Source: a virus. Taken from it: 64,000 nt of DNA. Under the pieces are notes generated by a model that saw nothing but the letters and a program-made list of their open reading frames with translations, had not been told where the DNA came from and made no database searches. The position numbers and the translations under genes are program-made. The stretch spans positions 1 through 64,000 of the IMG/VR virus record IMGVR_UViG_3300022562_001814; one strand, written 5' to 3'. Positions 9,192 to 20,308 of this stretch are shown here, piece after piece (positions within the stretch are counted from its first letter, which is position 1; each line of letters starts with the position of its first letter).

Positions 9192-11365
9192 TGCAGCCTA
9201 TTAATTTATATATTAAAGATTTTTGTGGGCATTCAGAAACTACATTTTCGTTTAATGATTTTTCTAGTGCCCTAGTAATAGGTATAGTAAAAGATAATGA
9301 CAGATTTTCTAATGGTGCTGGGAAAAGCACTATATTTAATGCAATTGAATATGTTTTATTCAATGAAATACATTTTTCTTCATTAGAAAAAATAATAAGA
9401 GATGGATGTGATTTAGCAAAAGTTGAATTAGAATTTTATTCTTCCCTTAATAAAGAAGTTTATAAAATTATACGATCTAATAGTCGTAAAACCGGAACAG
9501 ATGTTAGATTATTTAGACAATTAGATAATAATTGGGAAGATCTAACACAGCGTAGAATATCTGATACCGAAAAAGAAATTGTTAAAATTATAGGATTTAA
9601 CTATAAGGCTTTTTGTGCATCGGTATTATTTAATCAATCTGGATCAGAAAATAATGTTCAAAAAGACTTTGGTAATTTGCCAGCTCTTACTCCAGAAAAA
9701 AGAAAATCCGTACTACGTGAAGTTTTACAATTAAATGTATATTCAAATTATGAGAAAATAGCAAAAAATAAATATGGCAAAATTTCTTCTGAATTAGAAA
9801 AACAAAAAATTATTATCTCTACTTTAGGAGATCCAACAAAAGATATTGTGGAATTAGAAAAATCTCACAAGAATATTTCTAAAATATTAGAAGAAAATAA
9901 TAATTCTTTAAATAAAATAAAAACAGAATTATCAGAAAATCAATTAAAATTTTCAATTCTATCAGAAAAAACATCTAATAGATTAAATAAAATTTCTCAT
10001 TTAGAATCACAAATTAGTGAAAATAAAAAACAAATTATTAAATATGAAGAATATTTAAATGATTTAAATCAAAAAGTTAATGAATTACCAACCGCCGCCG
10101 ACCAGGTTAAATCACAGATTAATCAGATTAATGATAATATTAAAAATATAAATATCGACAAAGATCAAATTATTGATATTCAATCAAAATTAAAATCGTT
10201 GACAGAAGTTGATTATAGTCAAATCACTCAGATTCAAATTTTGAATGCAAAAATTAAAGAATTTAAAAAACCAATTACCGATGATAAAGTGTGTACACAT
10301 TGTCATCAAGTGGTTTCACAAGAGCATAAAGAAAAATGGCTGATTTCGTCAAAACAACAAATTATTGATTTAGAAAATGAAAAATCTGAATTAATGAAAA
10401 AAAATAAATCAAATTTAAATGAAAAAAATAAATTACAATTAGAACTGGATTCCTCGCGTAAATTGGAATCAAACAAAGTAAATTTACAAGAAAAATTAAA
10501 ATATTTGCAATCTGATTTGACTAACAAAAGAGAATTATATTCTAATTATTCAAAATTAATTAAAGAACATTCTAATCTTCTAGAATTAAAAAATAAAGAA
10601 TTACAAAATTTGTTACAAGAATTAAATAAGGAAAAGGCACAAGATGATGAAGAGGTTTTATTAAATGTAAATAAATTTAAATTATTATTAATAAAACTTG
10701 ATAAAGAAAAAGTATCTTTAGAAGATAAAATTAAAACTAATATTAGTGAACAGGCAGTAATACAGCATAAAATATCTCAAAGTAAAAAAAATATAATAAA
10801 AATACAAGAATTAAATGATTCTATTTCTAGTTTAGAAAAATCATTAATTTTACATTCTAAAGTCGTGCAAGCTTTCGGCTCTAATGGTATTCCTTCATTA
10901 ATTACACATAGTATTTTAGATGAATTGCAAGAAGAATGTAATAAATGGTTATTAAAATTGAGACCGGGTCTTCAATTACAATTTGTTGTTATAAATGATA
11001 AAAATAACAAAGAAAAAGAAGATACTTTAGATATTCTATATTTTATAGATGGTTCTCAAAGAGAATATAAGCAATTATCTGGAGCCCAAAAAATTATTGT
11101 ATCTTTATCTATTAAATTATCTATTCTTTTTATTATGAATAAAAGATTAGGTATAGATATAAAACTAATGTTGTTGGATGAAGTAGATCAGGCATTAGAT
11201 GATGGTGGTACCGAAATATTTTCTGAAATAATTAAAATTATTCAGAACGATCTTAAAATTTTAGTAATAACTCATAATGATGAATTAAAACATAAGTTTT
11301 CACATGCTATTTTGGTAGAACAAGATGAAAATAATGTATCAAAAGGAAAATTAATTAATTGGTGA
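9191..11365 (+). CDS. sbcC: SbcC/Rad50-like ATPase
   Basis: Walker A NGAGKST, coiled coil with CTHC zinc hook, LSGAQ signature, LLDEVDQALD. Confidence 0.93.
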   Translation: MQPINLYIKDFCGHSETTFSFNDFSSALVIGIVKDNDRFSNGAGKSTIFNAIEYVLFNEIHFSSLEKIIRDGCDLAKVELEFYSSLNKEVYKIIRSNSRKTGTDVRLFRQLDNNWEDLTQRRISDTEKEIVKIIGFNYKAFCASVLFNQSGSENNVQKDFGNLPALTPEKRKSVLREVLQLNVYSNYEKIAKNKYGKISSELEKQKIIISTLGDPTKDIVELEKSHKNISKILEENNNSLNKIKTELSENQLKFSILSEKTSNRLNKISHLESQISENKKQIIKYEEYLNDLNQKVNELPTAADQVKSQINQINDNIKNINIDKDQIIDIQSKLKSLTEVDYSQITQIQILNAKIKEFKKPITDDKVCTHCHQVVSQEHKEKWLISSKQQIIDLENEKSELMKKNKSNLNEKNKLQLELDSSRKLESNKVNLQEKLKYLQSDLTNKRELYSNYSKLIKEHSNLLELKNKELQNLLQELNKEKAQDDEEVLLNVNKFKLLLIKLDKEKVSLEDKIKTNISEQAVIQHKISQSKKNIIKIQELNDSISSLEKSLILHSKVVQAFGSNGIPSLITHSILDELQEECNKWLLKLRPGLQLQFVVINDKNNKEKEDTLDILYFIDGSQREYKQLSGAQKIIVSLSIKLSILFIMNKRLGIDIKLMLLDEVDQALDDGGTEIFSEIIKIIQNDLKILVITHNDELKHKFSHAILVEQDENNVSKGKLINW

Positions 11366-11366
11366 A

Positions 11367-11954
11367 ATGATGTTAAAAATTGCTTTATCTGGAAAAGCTG
11401 GAAGTGGAAAAAATACTGTCGCTAATATAATCTCTGATTATTTTGCTTTAAAACCACATGAAACCTATATATATGCCTTTGCCAATCCTATTAAAAAAAT
11501 AATAGAAGTAGCTTTCCCTGAATGTGATCTAGAATCTTTGTATGGTAATTCTGAATTAAGACAAAAAAATATTATATGCGATATTAATAGGTATTATATT
11601 TCTACCGAATTACCTACGTATAGACAAGCGGCAGTTGATTTAGGCAAATGGGGTAGGAAGTACTCTCCTCGTTTTTGGATTTGGCATGCTATGAGAGCTT
11701 ATGATCTAAATAAAGGTAATAAACTTTTTATCATTAGTGATCTTAGATTTCCAGAAGAATACGAATGGGTTAAATCAGAAAATTTTGTACTTTGTAGATT
11801 AAAAAGAAATAATTCTCATAAAATTGATGATATTTCTGAACATATTCAAGATCAATTGCCAGATAATTTATTTGATTTTGTTATTGAAAATAACTCATCT
11901 TTAGATGTATTAAAAACACAAATACATGAAATGATTAGAAATATGTGTCCATAG
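11367..11954 (+). CDS. Deoxynucleoside monophosphate kinase
   Basis: SGKAGSGKNT P-loop, FANPIK, ISDLRFPEE, HISE. Confidence 0.85.
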   Translation: MMLKIALSGKAGSGKNTVANIISDYFALKPHETYIYAFANPIKKIIEVAFPECDLESLYGNSELRQKNIICDINRYYISTELPTYRQAAVDLGKWGRKYSPRFWIWHAMRAYDLNKGNKLFIISDLRFPEEYEWVKSENFVLCRLKRNNSHKIDDISEHIQDQLPDNLFDFVIENNSSLDVLKTQIHEMIRNMCP

Positions 11955-11981
11955 TATAATTATTTGGCATTTAATGGAATT

Positions 11982-12302
11982 ATGCAATCAGATAATAACA
12001 TAAAAAAATTATTTATAAATAAATACTCTGCTGTTGGGGAGGAAAAGTTTTATAAATTTTTAATTACTTATGCTCTTAATAGAATAGTAGATTTTTCTGA
12101 TAAAAATAATGATAAAAAATATAATCCAGCTTTAGAGCTTTTAGATTATTATGATATGTTTTTGAAATTATATAGACGTGAAGGAGAAGATATTTATTTA
12201 GATTTAGCTAAACAATTTAGAAGAGCTGCTCACAAAATTTATAGAATAATTCTTAAAAAGAAATTATCTGATAAAAATAATAAATTTTTAAATTTAGTAT
12301 AA
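11982..12302 (+). CDS. Hypothetical protein
   Basis: ATG at 11982 preferred over the track's TTG, which lies inside a candidate promoter. Confidence 0.6.
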   Translation: MQSDNNIKKLFINKYSAVGEEKFYKFLITYALNRIVDFSDKNNDKKYNPALELLDYYDMFLKLYRREGEDIYLDLAKQFRRAAHKIYRIILKKKLSDKNNKFLNLV

Positions 12303-12303
12303 T

Positions 12304-13296
12304 ATGACTGTTATTAGCATTTCTGTAACTGAATCATCTGAACAATTAATTGCTGGGTTTCCTAAAACCGTTGCGCTAGAAACCAATATAGCTTCTACGA
12401 TTTTTTATACAATCGATGGTTCTGAGCCAACTAATTTATCATTAGTGTATTTAGATCCAATTGTATTGCCAACAGATGAATTATATTTTATAATTAAGGT
12501 ATTTGCTACTAATGGTATTGATTCTTCTCCCATTATTACATTAGAATATTCTACTAATATTCTTGAAAATGCAAGAATTCCGCATGCCACTGTTAGTAAT
12601 TTATCAAATAATAATTTATATTCATTATATCCTTTTGGGACAAATTCTCCTACTCAAATATTTGATTATCTTAATAGTGCAAATGCGGGAACTACTGTTA
12701 ATAGCCCAGAAATCCCAGATATAACTTTCGGATATGATGCTGATGGATATGGTATCGGAGCAGATCGTCCTTTAGATAATTATTTAAATATATATTCTAC
12801 AACTAATAAATTAAATCAAACCATAGATAATATTGGTAATTTGCCAGGAAAAGTTACCATTATTGGTAGAAGAACCGCTTTAGAATATAATCCAGAGGAA
12901 AGTAACCGTTCAGATGCTCTTTTTGATGCAAAAGCAATGGTAATTTTTCAAGATATAACAACCGAAGATCCTAGCAATCCTCCTCAAATTAATCCACAAT
13001 ATTTCTCGTTAGAGAATTTAGAAATTGTTAAAGATGGAGCTCCACTCAGAGCAAGTGGATTAGATGGTCCCACTATTACTGGCTCTTTTTTAAGATCCCA
13101 TTATAATCCAAGAACACAAATGGTTACATCTTATTATCGTGACAGTAGTACCAATCGTTGGATTATTTCAACGGCTCCTTATGAACCTAAGCAAAATGAT
13201 CCTGGTAATTGGTCAACTATGGTATTTTCAAGAAATGATCAAGGGGCAGGAAAAGTATTCGCTTGGAATTTATTTAGATACAGAACACTTACCTAA
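12304..13296 (+). CDS. Protein with N-terminal chitobiase/beta-hexosaminidase C-terminal-like (FN3-associated) domain; possible virion protein
   Basis: STIFYTIDGSEPT...Y..PI.L...IKVFA pattern. Confidence 0.6.
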   Translation: MTVISISVTESSEQLIAGFPKTVALETNIASTIFYTIDGSEPTNLSLVYLDPIVLPTDELYFIIKVFATNGIDSSPIITLEYSTNILENARIPHATVSNLSNNNLYSLYPFGTNSPTQIFDYLNSANAGTTVNSPEIPDITFGYDADGYGIGADRPLDNYLNIYSTTNKLNQTIDNIGNLPGKVTIIGRRTALEYNPEESNRSDALFDAKAMVIFQDITTEDPSNPPQINPQYFSLENLEIVKDGAPLRASGLDGPTITGSFLRSHYNPRTQMVTSYYRDSSTNRWIISTAPYEPKQNDPGNWSTMVFSRNDQGAGKVFAWNLFRYRTLT

Positions 13297-13352
13297 ATTA
13301 TTTATTAATATTAAATTATTTACTTCTATTGGCTTGATATAGAAAGACTGGA

Positions 13353-14138
13353 ATGTCAAATTTTATCAAGCTATCGGTCTCAAAAACTGCTACTTTTCAA
13401 AGCTGTAAGGCAAAATATAAGTTTGCTTATATTCAAAAACTTCCTAGAAAAGAATGGGAATATCATTTATTTGGTAGATTTGTTCATAGAGTTTTAGAAT
13501 TATTTCATTTGTCATTTATTAATGGTTCAAATAATTCTTATAATGAAGAAATGTCAAACTCTTTTAATACTGCTTTAGAAGAATTTAAAAATAAACTTAA
13601 TTTAACAGCTAAAGATGAAGCTTTTCAAATTTTAAGTATTTATCTTAAAAAAATAAATAAAGAAGAAATTGCTAAAGTCCTAGATGTAGAAAAAACATTT
13701 AATTTAATAATTAATGAGGGACTTACTTTAACAGGAATGATAGATAGAGTGCAATTAGATGAAGACGGCATCTATCATATTATAGATTATAAAACAAGTA
13801 AATCGTCCGCTTATCTAAAAAATGATGTATTACAATTATTAACATACGCATATGTTATATATATGGAACATCCAGAACTTACAAAAGTTAGGGTTTCATA
13901 TATTATGTTGCGACAAAATTGTGAATTTATTACAAAAGAATTTGATTTAAAAGAGATCTTGTCTGTCAAAAATATATATGAAAAATATGCCGAAGAAATG
14001 TTAAATGAAGAAGAATTTAAGCCGAAACCTCAAGTTCTTTGTCGTTTCTGTGATTATTCTAATGTATGTGAAGAGGGAAAGGAATTTATATCTAAACAAT
14101 ATATTGCAGGACCTATAAAATATACTAAAAAAATGTAG
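13353..14138 (+). CDS. PD-(D/E)XK (RecB/Cas4-like) exonuclease
   Basis: GMIDRV...IIDYKT, QLLTYA; N-terminal Cys plus C-terminal CRFC...C (Fe-S staple pattern). Confidence 0.88.
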   Translation: MSNFIKLSVSKTATFQSCKAKYKFAYIQKLPRKEWEYHLFGRFVHRVLELFHLSFINGSNNSYNEEMSNSFNTALEEFKNKLNLTAKDEAFQILSIYLKKINKEEIAKVLDVEKTFNLIINEGLTLTGMIDRVQLDEDGIYHIIDYKTSKSSAYLKNDVLQLLTYAYVIYMEHPELTKVRVSYIMLRQNCEFITKEFDLKEILSVKNIYEKYAEEMLNEEEFKPKPQVLCRFCDYSNVCEEGKEFISKQYIAGPIKYTKKM

Positions 14139-14189
14139 CAAATGTGATTTGAAAAGAAATTTAAAAATACTAAATAGATTGGAATTAAA

Positions 14190-15452
14190 ATGTTAATTGA
14201 AGTTAAAGAAATAGAATATTGTAGATTAAACGTTAAATTTGAAGGTGACGAAGAAAACGTTAAAAATAAAGAATATGAAATGTTACAACATTTTAAACAA
14301 GGTAAAGTCCCAGGTTTTAGAGAAGGTAAGGCGACAACAGAAGCTGTTAAATTTCATTTTAAAAATCAGATCAACGAAGCTGTTAAAAATGAATTAGCTT
14401 ATCAAGCCTTTCAAACGGTTATAGCTGAAAAAAATATTAAACCATTTGGACAGCCACAATTTCTCGCTATTAATTTAGATGGTTCTAAATTTAAATGTGA
14501 ATTTTGTGTTAATCAGGTTCCTAATATTGAATTATCTCAATATAAAAATTTTGAATTACCAAAGGGGACTACGCCCAATTCGATAGAAATGTCGGAAAAA
14601 ATATTACAAGAATTAAGAGTTAGAAATGGTGAAACACTACCTTTCTCCGATGAAGACTTTATTCAATTAGGTGATACGGCAATTATTAATTATATAGGTT
14701 ACTTGCCTGGCGAAGAAGTGCCAACAATTAAAAAAGATGGAGAAATTTTTGTAGTTGGAAAAGCTCATGCAGATGCTTTTAATGATAACATATTGGGTAT
14801 GAAATTAGGTGAATCTAGAGAATTTACTACAATTCTTTCTTTGGATTCGGCCGCTCAGCATATTGCTGGAAAAGAAGTACGTTTTGTAATTGAATTAGCT
14901 ATGGCATCAAAATCTGAGCCCGCGCCTTTAGATGATGAATTGGCAACCAAAGTTGGATGTAAAAATCTCGAAGAGCTAAATAATATAGTTCAAGGCATGT
15001 CTTCTAATAGAGTTAAAGAATTAGAGACCAAATATTTATCTGATCAAGTTGCCGCTAGACTATTAGAAAGTCATAATTTTGAATTACCATCTTGGTTAAC
15101 AAGTTTTGAAGCTAAATTATTTGCAAAACAACAAGGTCATGCGTGGGAATCTTTATCTGATGAACACAAGAGTAATTTTCTTAAAATGGCAGAACAAAAT
15201 GTTAAATTATCTATTATTTTAGATAAAGTGCGGGAAATAGAACCCGATGCACAATTAACAGATGAAGAAGTATTTTCTATTATTAAACAGAGCATATCAA
15301 AATATAAAACAATGCTTAACATGGCAGATAAATCAGATGAAGAGGTATTAAGTAAAATAGCTGAATCAGGATATACGAATGCTTTAATTTCTCAAGTTAG
15401 AGATGATGCAACTATGGATTTTATAATTAAAAATTCTTCTATCTTAGAATAA
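14190..15452 (+). CDS. tig: Trigger factor
   Basis: Ribosome-binding signature VPGFREGKA, FKBP-like middle (GDTAIINYIG...GMKLGESREF...AGKEVRF), LDDELA; 420 aa, full length. Confidence 0.9.
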   Translation: MLIEVKEIEYCRLNVKFEGDEENVKNKEYEMLQHFKQGKVPGFREGKATTEAVKFHFKNQINEAVKNELAYQAFQTVIAEKNIKPFGQPQFLAINLDGSKFKCEFCVNQVPNIELSQYKNFELPKGTTPNSIEMSEKILQELRVRNGETLPFSDEDFIQLGDTAIINYIGYLPGEEVPTIKKDGEIFVVGKAHADAFNDNILGMKLGESREFTTILSLDSAAQHIAGKEVRFVIELAMASKSEPAPLDDELATKVGCKNLEELNNIVQGMSSNRVKELETKYLSDQVAARLLESHNFELPSWLTSFEAKLFAKQQGHAWESLSDEHKSNFLKMAEQNVKLSIILDKVREIEPDAQLTDEEVFSIIKQSISKYKTMLNMADKSDEEVLSKIAESGYTNALISQVRDDATMDFIIKNSSILE

Positions 15453-15464
15453 TGAGGTAATCAA

Positions 15465-15755
15465 ATGAAAGACAAACATTTCCCAGAAAAATATAAAAAG
15501 AAATTAGATAATTTTGCTCAAGGGTATATGGATAATGTAGATTCTTCTGACACGGAAGAGATTAAAAAATTAATTTTATCTTCTGAAAGAAATTTATATG
15601 AAATTGAATACGAAAAAGATAATAATCCAAAAATTTTGAAAATGAAAGAGGATCTTAAGGCAGAAATGTCTCCATTTACAGAGGCAAAACACACCGAAAC
15701 GGCTAAAATTAAATATTGTCTTTTCACGTTAGAGGGTCGTGGAGTTCGTATTTGA
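15465..15755 (+). CDS. Hypothetical protein
   Basis: GAGGT SD, 96 aa. Confidence 0.65.
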   Translation: MKDKHFPEKYKKKLDNFAQGYMDNVDSSDTEEIKKLILSSERNLYEIEYEKDNNPKILKMKEDLKAEMSPFTEAKHTETAKIKYCLFTLEGRGVRI

Positions 15756-16036
15756 TTAAAATAAGTAAAAAAGAATTACAGGCTTGTTGTGGTAAAAAAC
15801 AAATAATTTGGAAATTAAATATTCCAATCAAAAAAGATTACTTGTCTATACTACAACAGGCTGGATTTCATTATGTAAAAACATATTTTGATGCCGGAAT
15901 GATGTATATTGAAGATAAAAATTTAATAGCTACTGGAATTTTTGGTTTAAATGAAATTACTGTTAAATGTAAAACTAAAGAATGTACAGATAGTGCAACT
16001 AAATTGGAACAAATAATTTTAACCAAATTTAATTAA
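15752..16036 (+). CDS. Hypothetical protein
   Basis: Probable TTG start overlapping the upstream TGA; ACCG motif; start uncertain. Confidence 0.5.
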   Translation: MIKISKKELQACCGKKQIIWKLNIPIKKDYLSILQQAGFHYVKTYFDAGMMYIEDKNLIATGIFGLNEITVKCKTKECTDSATKLEQIILTKFN

Positions 16037-16680
16037 TGAATGTTGTTAAAAAACAAGCTCATGATTATGAATTAATTGCTATGAGTTGGCATGAAGCTGC
16101 TCATACAATTTGTGGTTTATACAATTTCACTAAAATTTATAATGTTCATGTTATGTCAGATAAACACACAAATGGCAATACATTATATGAAATATGTGAT
16201 CCAGATAATATTGAAAATAAATTATTAGCTAAAATATTATTAATATTTGAAGTACAAACATTATATGCCGGATTAGTGGGTGAAAAACTTTATTATAAAG
16301 AAATATGTGGTTCTGATAATTTTCCTATGCATCTTCGTATCGGTTCATCTAACGATATTCAAGATGCTGCTAGAATTATTCATAAATATAATTTAGCAAA
16401 TCCTGGTAAAGCTAGGTTTTTGTTTAAAAAACAAGTCCAAAATGATACTAAAAATATTTTAACAGAATATTGGGACGATATTAGATTAGTGGCGCACGTC
16501 CTTTATAAAAATAAAGAATTAGAATATGATGAATTAAAATATTTCTTAACAAGAAAATCTATTAATAAAGAATTTTGGAGAGATAGATTTAAATATATAA
16601 AGCTTATTTATGGAGGTAATGAATTAGATGAAAAATATTTAAAAGATATAATTTTACAAAATTCCGTTATTATTATGTAA
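16036..16680 (+). CDS. Stand-alone FtsH/M41-like zinc peptidase domain
   Basis: WHEAAH, LYAGLVGE and GSSNDIQDA mirror FtsH HEAGH, GGRAAE and GASND; no AAA+ domain. Confidence 0.72.
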   Translation: MNVVKKQAHDYELIAMSWHEAAHTICGLYNFTKIYNVHVMSDKHTNGNTLYEICDPDNIENKLLAKILLIFEVQTLYAGLVGEKLYYKEICGSDNFPMHLRIGSSNDIQDAARIIHKYNLANPGKARFLFKKQVQNDTKNILTEYWDDIRLVAHVLYKNKELEYDELKYFLTRKSINKEFWRDRFKYIKLIYGGNELDEKYLKDIILQNSVIIM

Positions 16681-16765
16681 TATTACCTGTTTTAACAAAT
16701 GGAATATATAAACCATAGAACTACTTGTTAGGCTTTGTTAAAATACAATATTGTGAGAGGTTCAA

Positions 16766-19700
16766 ATGAGTTTTGTTAGTTTACACAATCATTCTTATTA
16801 TTCTATTCTTGATGCTTTGCCATCACCTAAAGAACTTTTTCGTAGGGCTAAAGAATTAAATCAACCCGCCCTTGCTTTAACAGATCATGGTTCGTTCGCC
16901 GGCGCTTGGGATGCATATAAGGCATCAAAAGAAACTGGTGTTAAATTAATTATTGGATCTGAATTTTATTTTTTATCTGATGCTTCTAAAAAAGATGAAA
17001 AAGTTAGACACATAATTTTATTAGCTAAAAATAATTCTGGTTATAGAAATTTATTATCTTTAAATAGATCAGGATTTGACAATCCTATTATTACTGGTAG
17101 GAAAGTTATTCCAATTATTGATTGGAATCTATTATCTAAATATTCTGATGGGGTTATTTGCCTAACGGCTTGTGGTAATGGTATAATTGGACAGCATATC
17201 AATGCAAAAAATTTTGCTGCGGCAGAAAATGATATCAAACATCTTATAGATATTTTTGGAACCGATAATTTGGGTATAGAGGTTCAACCACACGCTTTAA
17301 GTAGGCAGGCAACGCTTTATCACAATGGTATTAATCAGGTTTTTACTAATTTTCATTTAATAAAATTAGCAGAAAAATTTAATCTTAAAGTAGTACCAAC
17401 AACAAATACTCATTATCTTAAAAAAGAACATGCTCCCATGCATGATGTATTATTAGCAATTGGTGCTATGCAACCAATTTATTCTAATGCAAGATTAAAA
17501 TATCCGGTACATGAATTTTATCTTAAATCATATGAAGAAGTAAAAGCATTTTTTGCTAGAAATTTTGGCGATTCCTTTGCCGAAGAAATTTGTAAAAACT
17601 CATTATATTTTGCTGACAAATGCGAAGAGCCAGATTGGATTGATCCTAAATTTTCTAATCCATATGGAAAAGAATTGCCAGTTTTTGCTGTTAAAGAAAC
17701 AAGTGATTATGATAAATTTCAAGATTGGTTAGTCAAACAGTCGGATAAAATACAAAAATTGTCGGAAGATTCGGCTTATCTAAGATTTAAATGTTATGAG
17801 GCTTTTGATCTTAAATTTAAGAATAAATTATCGCTTATAAAGCACAAAGAATATATTGAAAGAATAGAAGAAGAGCTATCTGTTTTAGATTATCAGGGAT
17901 TTAGCTCATATATGTTAATTGTTGCAGATTATATTAATTGGGCAAGAAAAAATAATATTGGAATAGGTCCTGGTAGAGGGAGCGTTGGGGGCTGTTTTAT
18001 TGCATATTTGCTAGGAATTCATAAAGCAGATTCCATACGATATGGACTTATTTTTCCAAGATTTCAAAATAGAGAACGTTCCAGCCCACCAGATATCGAT
18101 CAAGATATAGCAGCTTCAGATAGAGAAAAGGTCATATCATATATTCAACAAAAATATGGACAAGATAAAGTAGCTTTCGTTTCTAATTTTAGTCGTATTA
18201 CTCCCAAAGTTTACGCAAGAGATATTGCAAGATCTTTAGAATTTGGCGGGAACAGAAAAGAAGCTGTTAATATTGGGAATTCAATTGCTGATTCAATTTC
18301 TAAAGAATCTAAAAATTCAATAGATTTTAATGATCTTAAATTAAGTCCTTTATTTATGGAATATGTAAAAAGATATCCTAATCTTGCTTCTAATTCTGAA
18401 ATTTTAGGTAAAATTAGAAATTTTTCTACTCATGCAGCCGCACTCGTTATTTCTAATAGACCTCTTATAGGGTTAGTTCCGGTTAGAAAAGATAAAGATG
18501 GGCATCAAGCTTTAGAATATGAAAAATATAATACAGAAGAAAATGGTCTTCTTAAAATAGATGTTTTGGGATTATCAACTTTGGATTTGATAGAACAAAC
18601 TATTTTACTTATTAATAAAAACAAAAAGAATAAACCAATATCTTTAGAAGATATTGATTTTGAAGATTATGATAAAAAAACATATGATCTTATTTCTAAA
18701 GGAGATACTTACGGGGTATTTCAATTAGGAACAAGTGCCGGTACTATTGATTTATGTAAAAAAATAAAACCTAAAAATATAGAAGATTTGGCAATTATTA
18801 CAACTTTGGCCCGCCCCGCCGCCAAAAATATTATAGATGATTTTATTAAAACACGAGAAGGTAAGCGTGAATTTAAATTATTACATCCTTCATTAAGAAA
18901 TGCTTTTGAAAAAACATATGGGTTTGGTTTGTTTGATGAATCAATTTTACAACTAGGTAAAGATGTAGCTGGTTGGTCTCTTAATGAATCTGATCGTATT
19001 AGAAAAATGATTAAGGAAAAAGGTAAAGATCCAAATAAAGCCAAAAAACTAAGAGAAGAATTTATTGATGGTGCAATCAAAAATGGTATTGGTCGAACCA
19101 TGGCATCTAAAATTTGGGATGAAGAAATTAATAAATTCCAAGGGTATACATTTAATAAATCACATGCCGTACTATATTCTTTTATTTCATATATTACGGC
19201 TTATTTAAAGGCCCATTATCCTGTAGAATTTTTACTAGCTAATTTAATAGCTGAAAATAATTCTAATACCCCAGATGCAGAGGAAAATATAGATAAAGCT
19301 AAAATGGAATTACGTAGATATGGAGTTAATATACTTCCTCCAGATATTAATAAATCTGAAATGGAATATCAATTATTGAATAATAATACGTTATTGACCG
19401 GATTAGATGCTTTAAAATATGTAGGACATGATGCTATTCAAGACATTATTAATAAAAGACCGTTTACTAGTTTTGATGATTTTATGTTAAGAGTAGATAC
19501 AAGAAAAGTAAGATCTTCAGCAATTCAGGCGTTAGCTGCAAGCGGGTGCTTAGATATTTTTAATATTACAAGAAGATCTATTTATTTATATTGTTCTGAT
19601 TATCGTAAAAAATTACAAGTTTGGCTCAAAAAACATGATCCTAAAACTGAAAAATTTAATTTTCCTTGGCCAAATGAATCTGAATGGTCTAAATCAGAAT

Positions 19701-20284
19701 TATTTGCTTTAGAAAAACATTATTTAGGAGAAGCTTTTATTTGTCCTAAAAAAGAAGCATTCGGAACCTTCTTTTTTACAAAAACACATGCTAATATTTC
19801 AACAATTAAATTAAGTAAAAATAGAACATTTTTACCATCAATTAAAGCTGAAATTAAAACAATTTTTGAATTAAAAATAAAAAAGGAAAATAGTAGGTTA
19901 ATAGGCCAGGAAATGGCTAAAGTTGGTATAGAAGACGAATTTGGAATTCAATGTAATTTAACTATATTTCCCGATCGTTGGCAAGAAGTTAAAAAAAGAA
20001 TGAAAATTAATGGTAAAGGGAAAGCGTATTTTGAACCTGGATGTGTTATTCATTTTGCCGGAACTTGTAATTTATATGAAAATGAAATGGGTGTTATTTT
20101 AGAAACATTATTAGAAAGTATGCCTCCTCCAGCGCTTCCACGTGATTTAAAAGCTAGAAAAGTTGCTATTAAAGATTCTGTAACTATCTCGGAAAATTCT
20201 GATTTAATTACCGAGTTAGAAGATCAGTTATTTACAGAAGGTCTTATAGATTTGGATGAAGATCCGTTTTCTTTGGATATATAA
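16766..20284 (+). CDS. dnaE: DNA polymerase III alpha subunit
   Basis: PHP domain SLHNHSYYS/LTDHG, GPGRGS, PDIDQD, KIDVLGL, FNKSHA. Confidence 0.97.
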   Translation: MSFVSLHNHSYYSILDALPSPKELFRRAKELNQPALALTDHGSFAGAWDAYKASKETGVKLIIGSEFYFLSDASKKDEKVRHIILLAKNNSGYRNLLSLNRSGFDNPIITGRKVIPIIDWNLLSKYSDGVICLTACGNGIIGQHINAKNFAAAENDIKHLIDIFGTDNLGIEVQPHALSRQATLYHNGINQVFTNFHLIKLAEKFNLKVVPTTNTHYLKKEHAPMHDVLLAIGAMQPIYSNARLKYPVHEFYLKSYEEVKAFFARNFGDSFAEEICKNSLYFADKCEEPDWIDPKFSNPYGKELPVFAVKETSDYDKFQDWLVKQSDKIQKLSEDSAYLRFKCYEAFDLKFKNKLSLIKHKEYIERIEEELSVLDYQGFSSYMLIVADYINWARKNNIGIGPGRGSVGGCFIAYLLGIHKADSIRYGLIFPRFQNRERSSPPDIDQDIAASDREKVISYIQQKYGQDKVAFVSNFSRITPKVYARDIARSLEFGGNRKEAVNIGNSIADSISKESKNSIDFNDLKLSPLFMEYVKRYPNLASNSEILGKIRNFSTHAAALVISNRPLIGLVPVRKDKDGHQALEYEKYNTEENGLLKIDVLGLSTLDLIEQTILLINKNKKNKPISLEDIDFEDYDKKTYDLISKGDTYGVFQLGTSAGTIDLCKKIKPKNIEDLAIITTLARPAAKNIIDDFIKTREGKREFKLLHPSLRNAFEKTYGFGLFDESILQLGKDVAGWSLNESDRIRKMIKEKGKDPNKAKKLREEFIDGAIKNGIGRTMASKIWDEEINKFQGYTFNKSHAVLYSFISYITAYLKAHYPVEFLLANLIAENNSNTPDAEENIDKAKMELRRYGVNILPPDINKSEMEYQLLNNNTLLTGLDALKYVGHDAIQDIINKRPFTSFDDFMLRVDTRKVRSSAIQALAASGCLDIFNITRRSIYLYCSDYRKKLQVWLKKHDPKTEKFNFPWPNESEWSKSELFALEKHYLGEAFICPKKEAFGTFFFTKTHANISTIKLSKNRTFLPSIKAEIKTIFELKIKKENSRLIGQEMAKVGIEDEFGIQCNLTIFPDRWQEVKKRMKINGKGKAYFEPGCVIHFAGTCNLYENEMGVILETLLESMPPPALPRDLKARKVAIKDSVTISENSDLITELEDQLFTEGLIDLDEDPFSLDI

Positions 20285-20308
20285 TATGTGAGAAAAAAGG
20301 TTTCATAT

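Noticed and set aside
13353-14138. Cas4-like nuclease as evidence of CRISPR-Cas
   Set aside because: Solo Cas4/RecB-like nucleases are common in phage replication modules; no cas1, cas2 or array is seen.
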